Shown here: positions 63,089 to 64,000 of the stretch, in pieces
Numbering within the stretch: the first letter of the stretch is position 1
Layout: each line of letters opens with the position of its first letter
Source: the human T2T-CHM13v2.0 reference genome, Homo sapiens
Length of the DNA: 64,000 nucleotides
Assembly: GCF_009914755.1 (NCBI RefSeq)
Contig: NC_060941.1
Reading direction: 5' to 3' (one strand)
Made by a program: the position numbers and the translations under genes
The notes under the pieces: model-generated
The model's database searches: none
What the model saw: the letters and a program-made list of their open reading frames with translations, nothing else
What the model was told of the DNA's origin: nothing

Positions 63089-64000
63089 CTAAAGGAAAAG
63101 AGATGATCTATAAGAACAAAATAGTGAACATTTTTATTCTATAGTAACTGGAAAATCTATTTTGTGCTTTTCTTGCCAATATTGAACTATTAACCATAGT
63201 TCCCACTAGAAACTGAGATGGGGTGATGGAAAACATTCACTTTATATATGCCTCTGTGCAGTTTGGATTTTTTGCAGTGAACATGTAAATCAATACCTGA
63301 AGAGACTTTTTAAAAAAGAGATCTGTAATCAGATCAAGTTTATTCATATATTCACAAACTATTGAGTGTCTACCATGCTCCAGGCTGTGCCAAGAAAGCA
63401 GAATAGAAGGAATGCCCTGTCCATAGGAGCCCAAAAGTCCACAGGATCCCAAAGTCTCAGGGAAAAAAAGACAAGTCAATGTAGGCAAGCTCAGGATGGT
63501 AAGGGTAAACAGGGGAACTACATCTAACCTAGCAGAAAGTCTTGCTTGAAAGGTATTAAAATGAAAGGTGGCCTGGACGCGGTGGTTCATGTCTGTAATC
63601 CCAGCACTTAGGTAGGCAGAGGCAGGAGGATCGCTTGAGCCTAGGAGTTCGAGATCTGCCTGGTAACAAGCATGACCCCATTCTCCACAAAAATGGTAAA
63701 AGAAAGAAAGAAAGAAAGAAATGTAGAAGGTAAAAAAAAGGCATTCCAGTGCAAAAGAGGCTTGATAGGACAGGATATGTCTGGGGAATCTACAAGTAGT
63801 TCAGTATGGTTAGAAGTGGTTAGAGATTAGGCTAGAGAAGTAGGTAGAGGCCAGGAAATGGAAAGTCTGGACAAAGGAAGGTCTGGGTGAAATGAACAAA
63901 TATTTGGCTTTACGACAGATACTTCTAGTAGCAGTAGGGAGTATTAGGAAAGAAATGAGACTAGTTAGGAGGCTAGTATAATAAACCAACTAAGAAGATC

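Overview
Primate (human-like) genomic DNA, very rich in Alus, with no intact protein-coding gene, no recognisable tRNA/rRNA and no CRISPR array. Almost all ORFs in the supplied track are Alu/L1/LTR artefacts. (1) 47377-63088 (- strand) holds an unprocessed, duplicated RPS6KB1 (p70 S6 kinase 1) pseudogene fragment. Exons equivalent to parental exons 5-13 keep canonical splice sites, but there are two in-frame TGA stops (exons 9 and 11), a 3-nt deletion and several missense changes. The last two exons (T389 hydrophobic motif and C-tail) are not found. The alternative exons 6a/6b/6c that give the short S6K1 isoforms are retained upstream of both stops. (2) Downstream on the same strand (about 14-46 kb), the AT-rich unique DNA between repeats contains a series of small AG..GT-bounded segments. 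Most are multiples of 3 long and read in phase 2-2 with 0-1 stops. I interpret these as the fossil of a second, unannotated multi-exon gene; this is inference and its identity is not established. (3) The rest is transposon-derived: ERVL, MaLR LTRs, L1, L2, MER DNA transposons and dozens of Alus. It includes a few informative rearrangements: a templated LTR copy inside an Alu, an L1 with a probable 3' transduction, an AluYd, and an inverted AluY pair. Parental-protein comparisons and repeat subfamily names are from memory, not from alignments.
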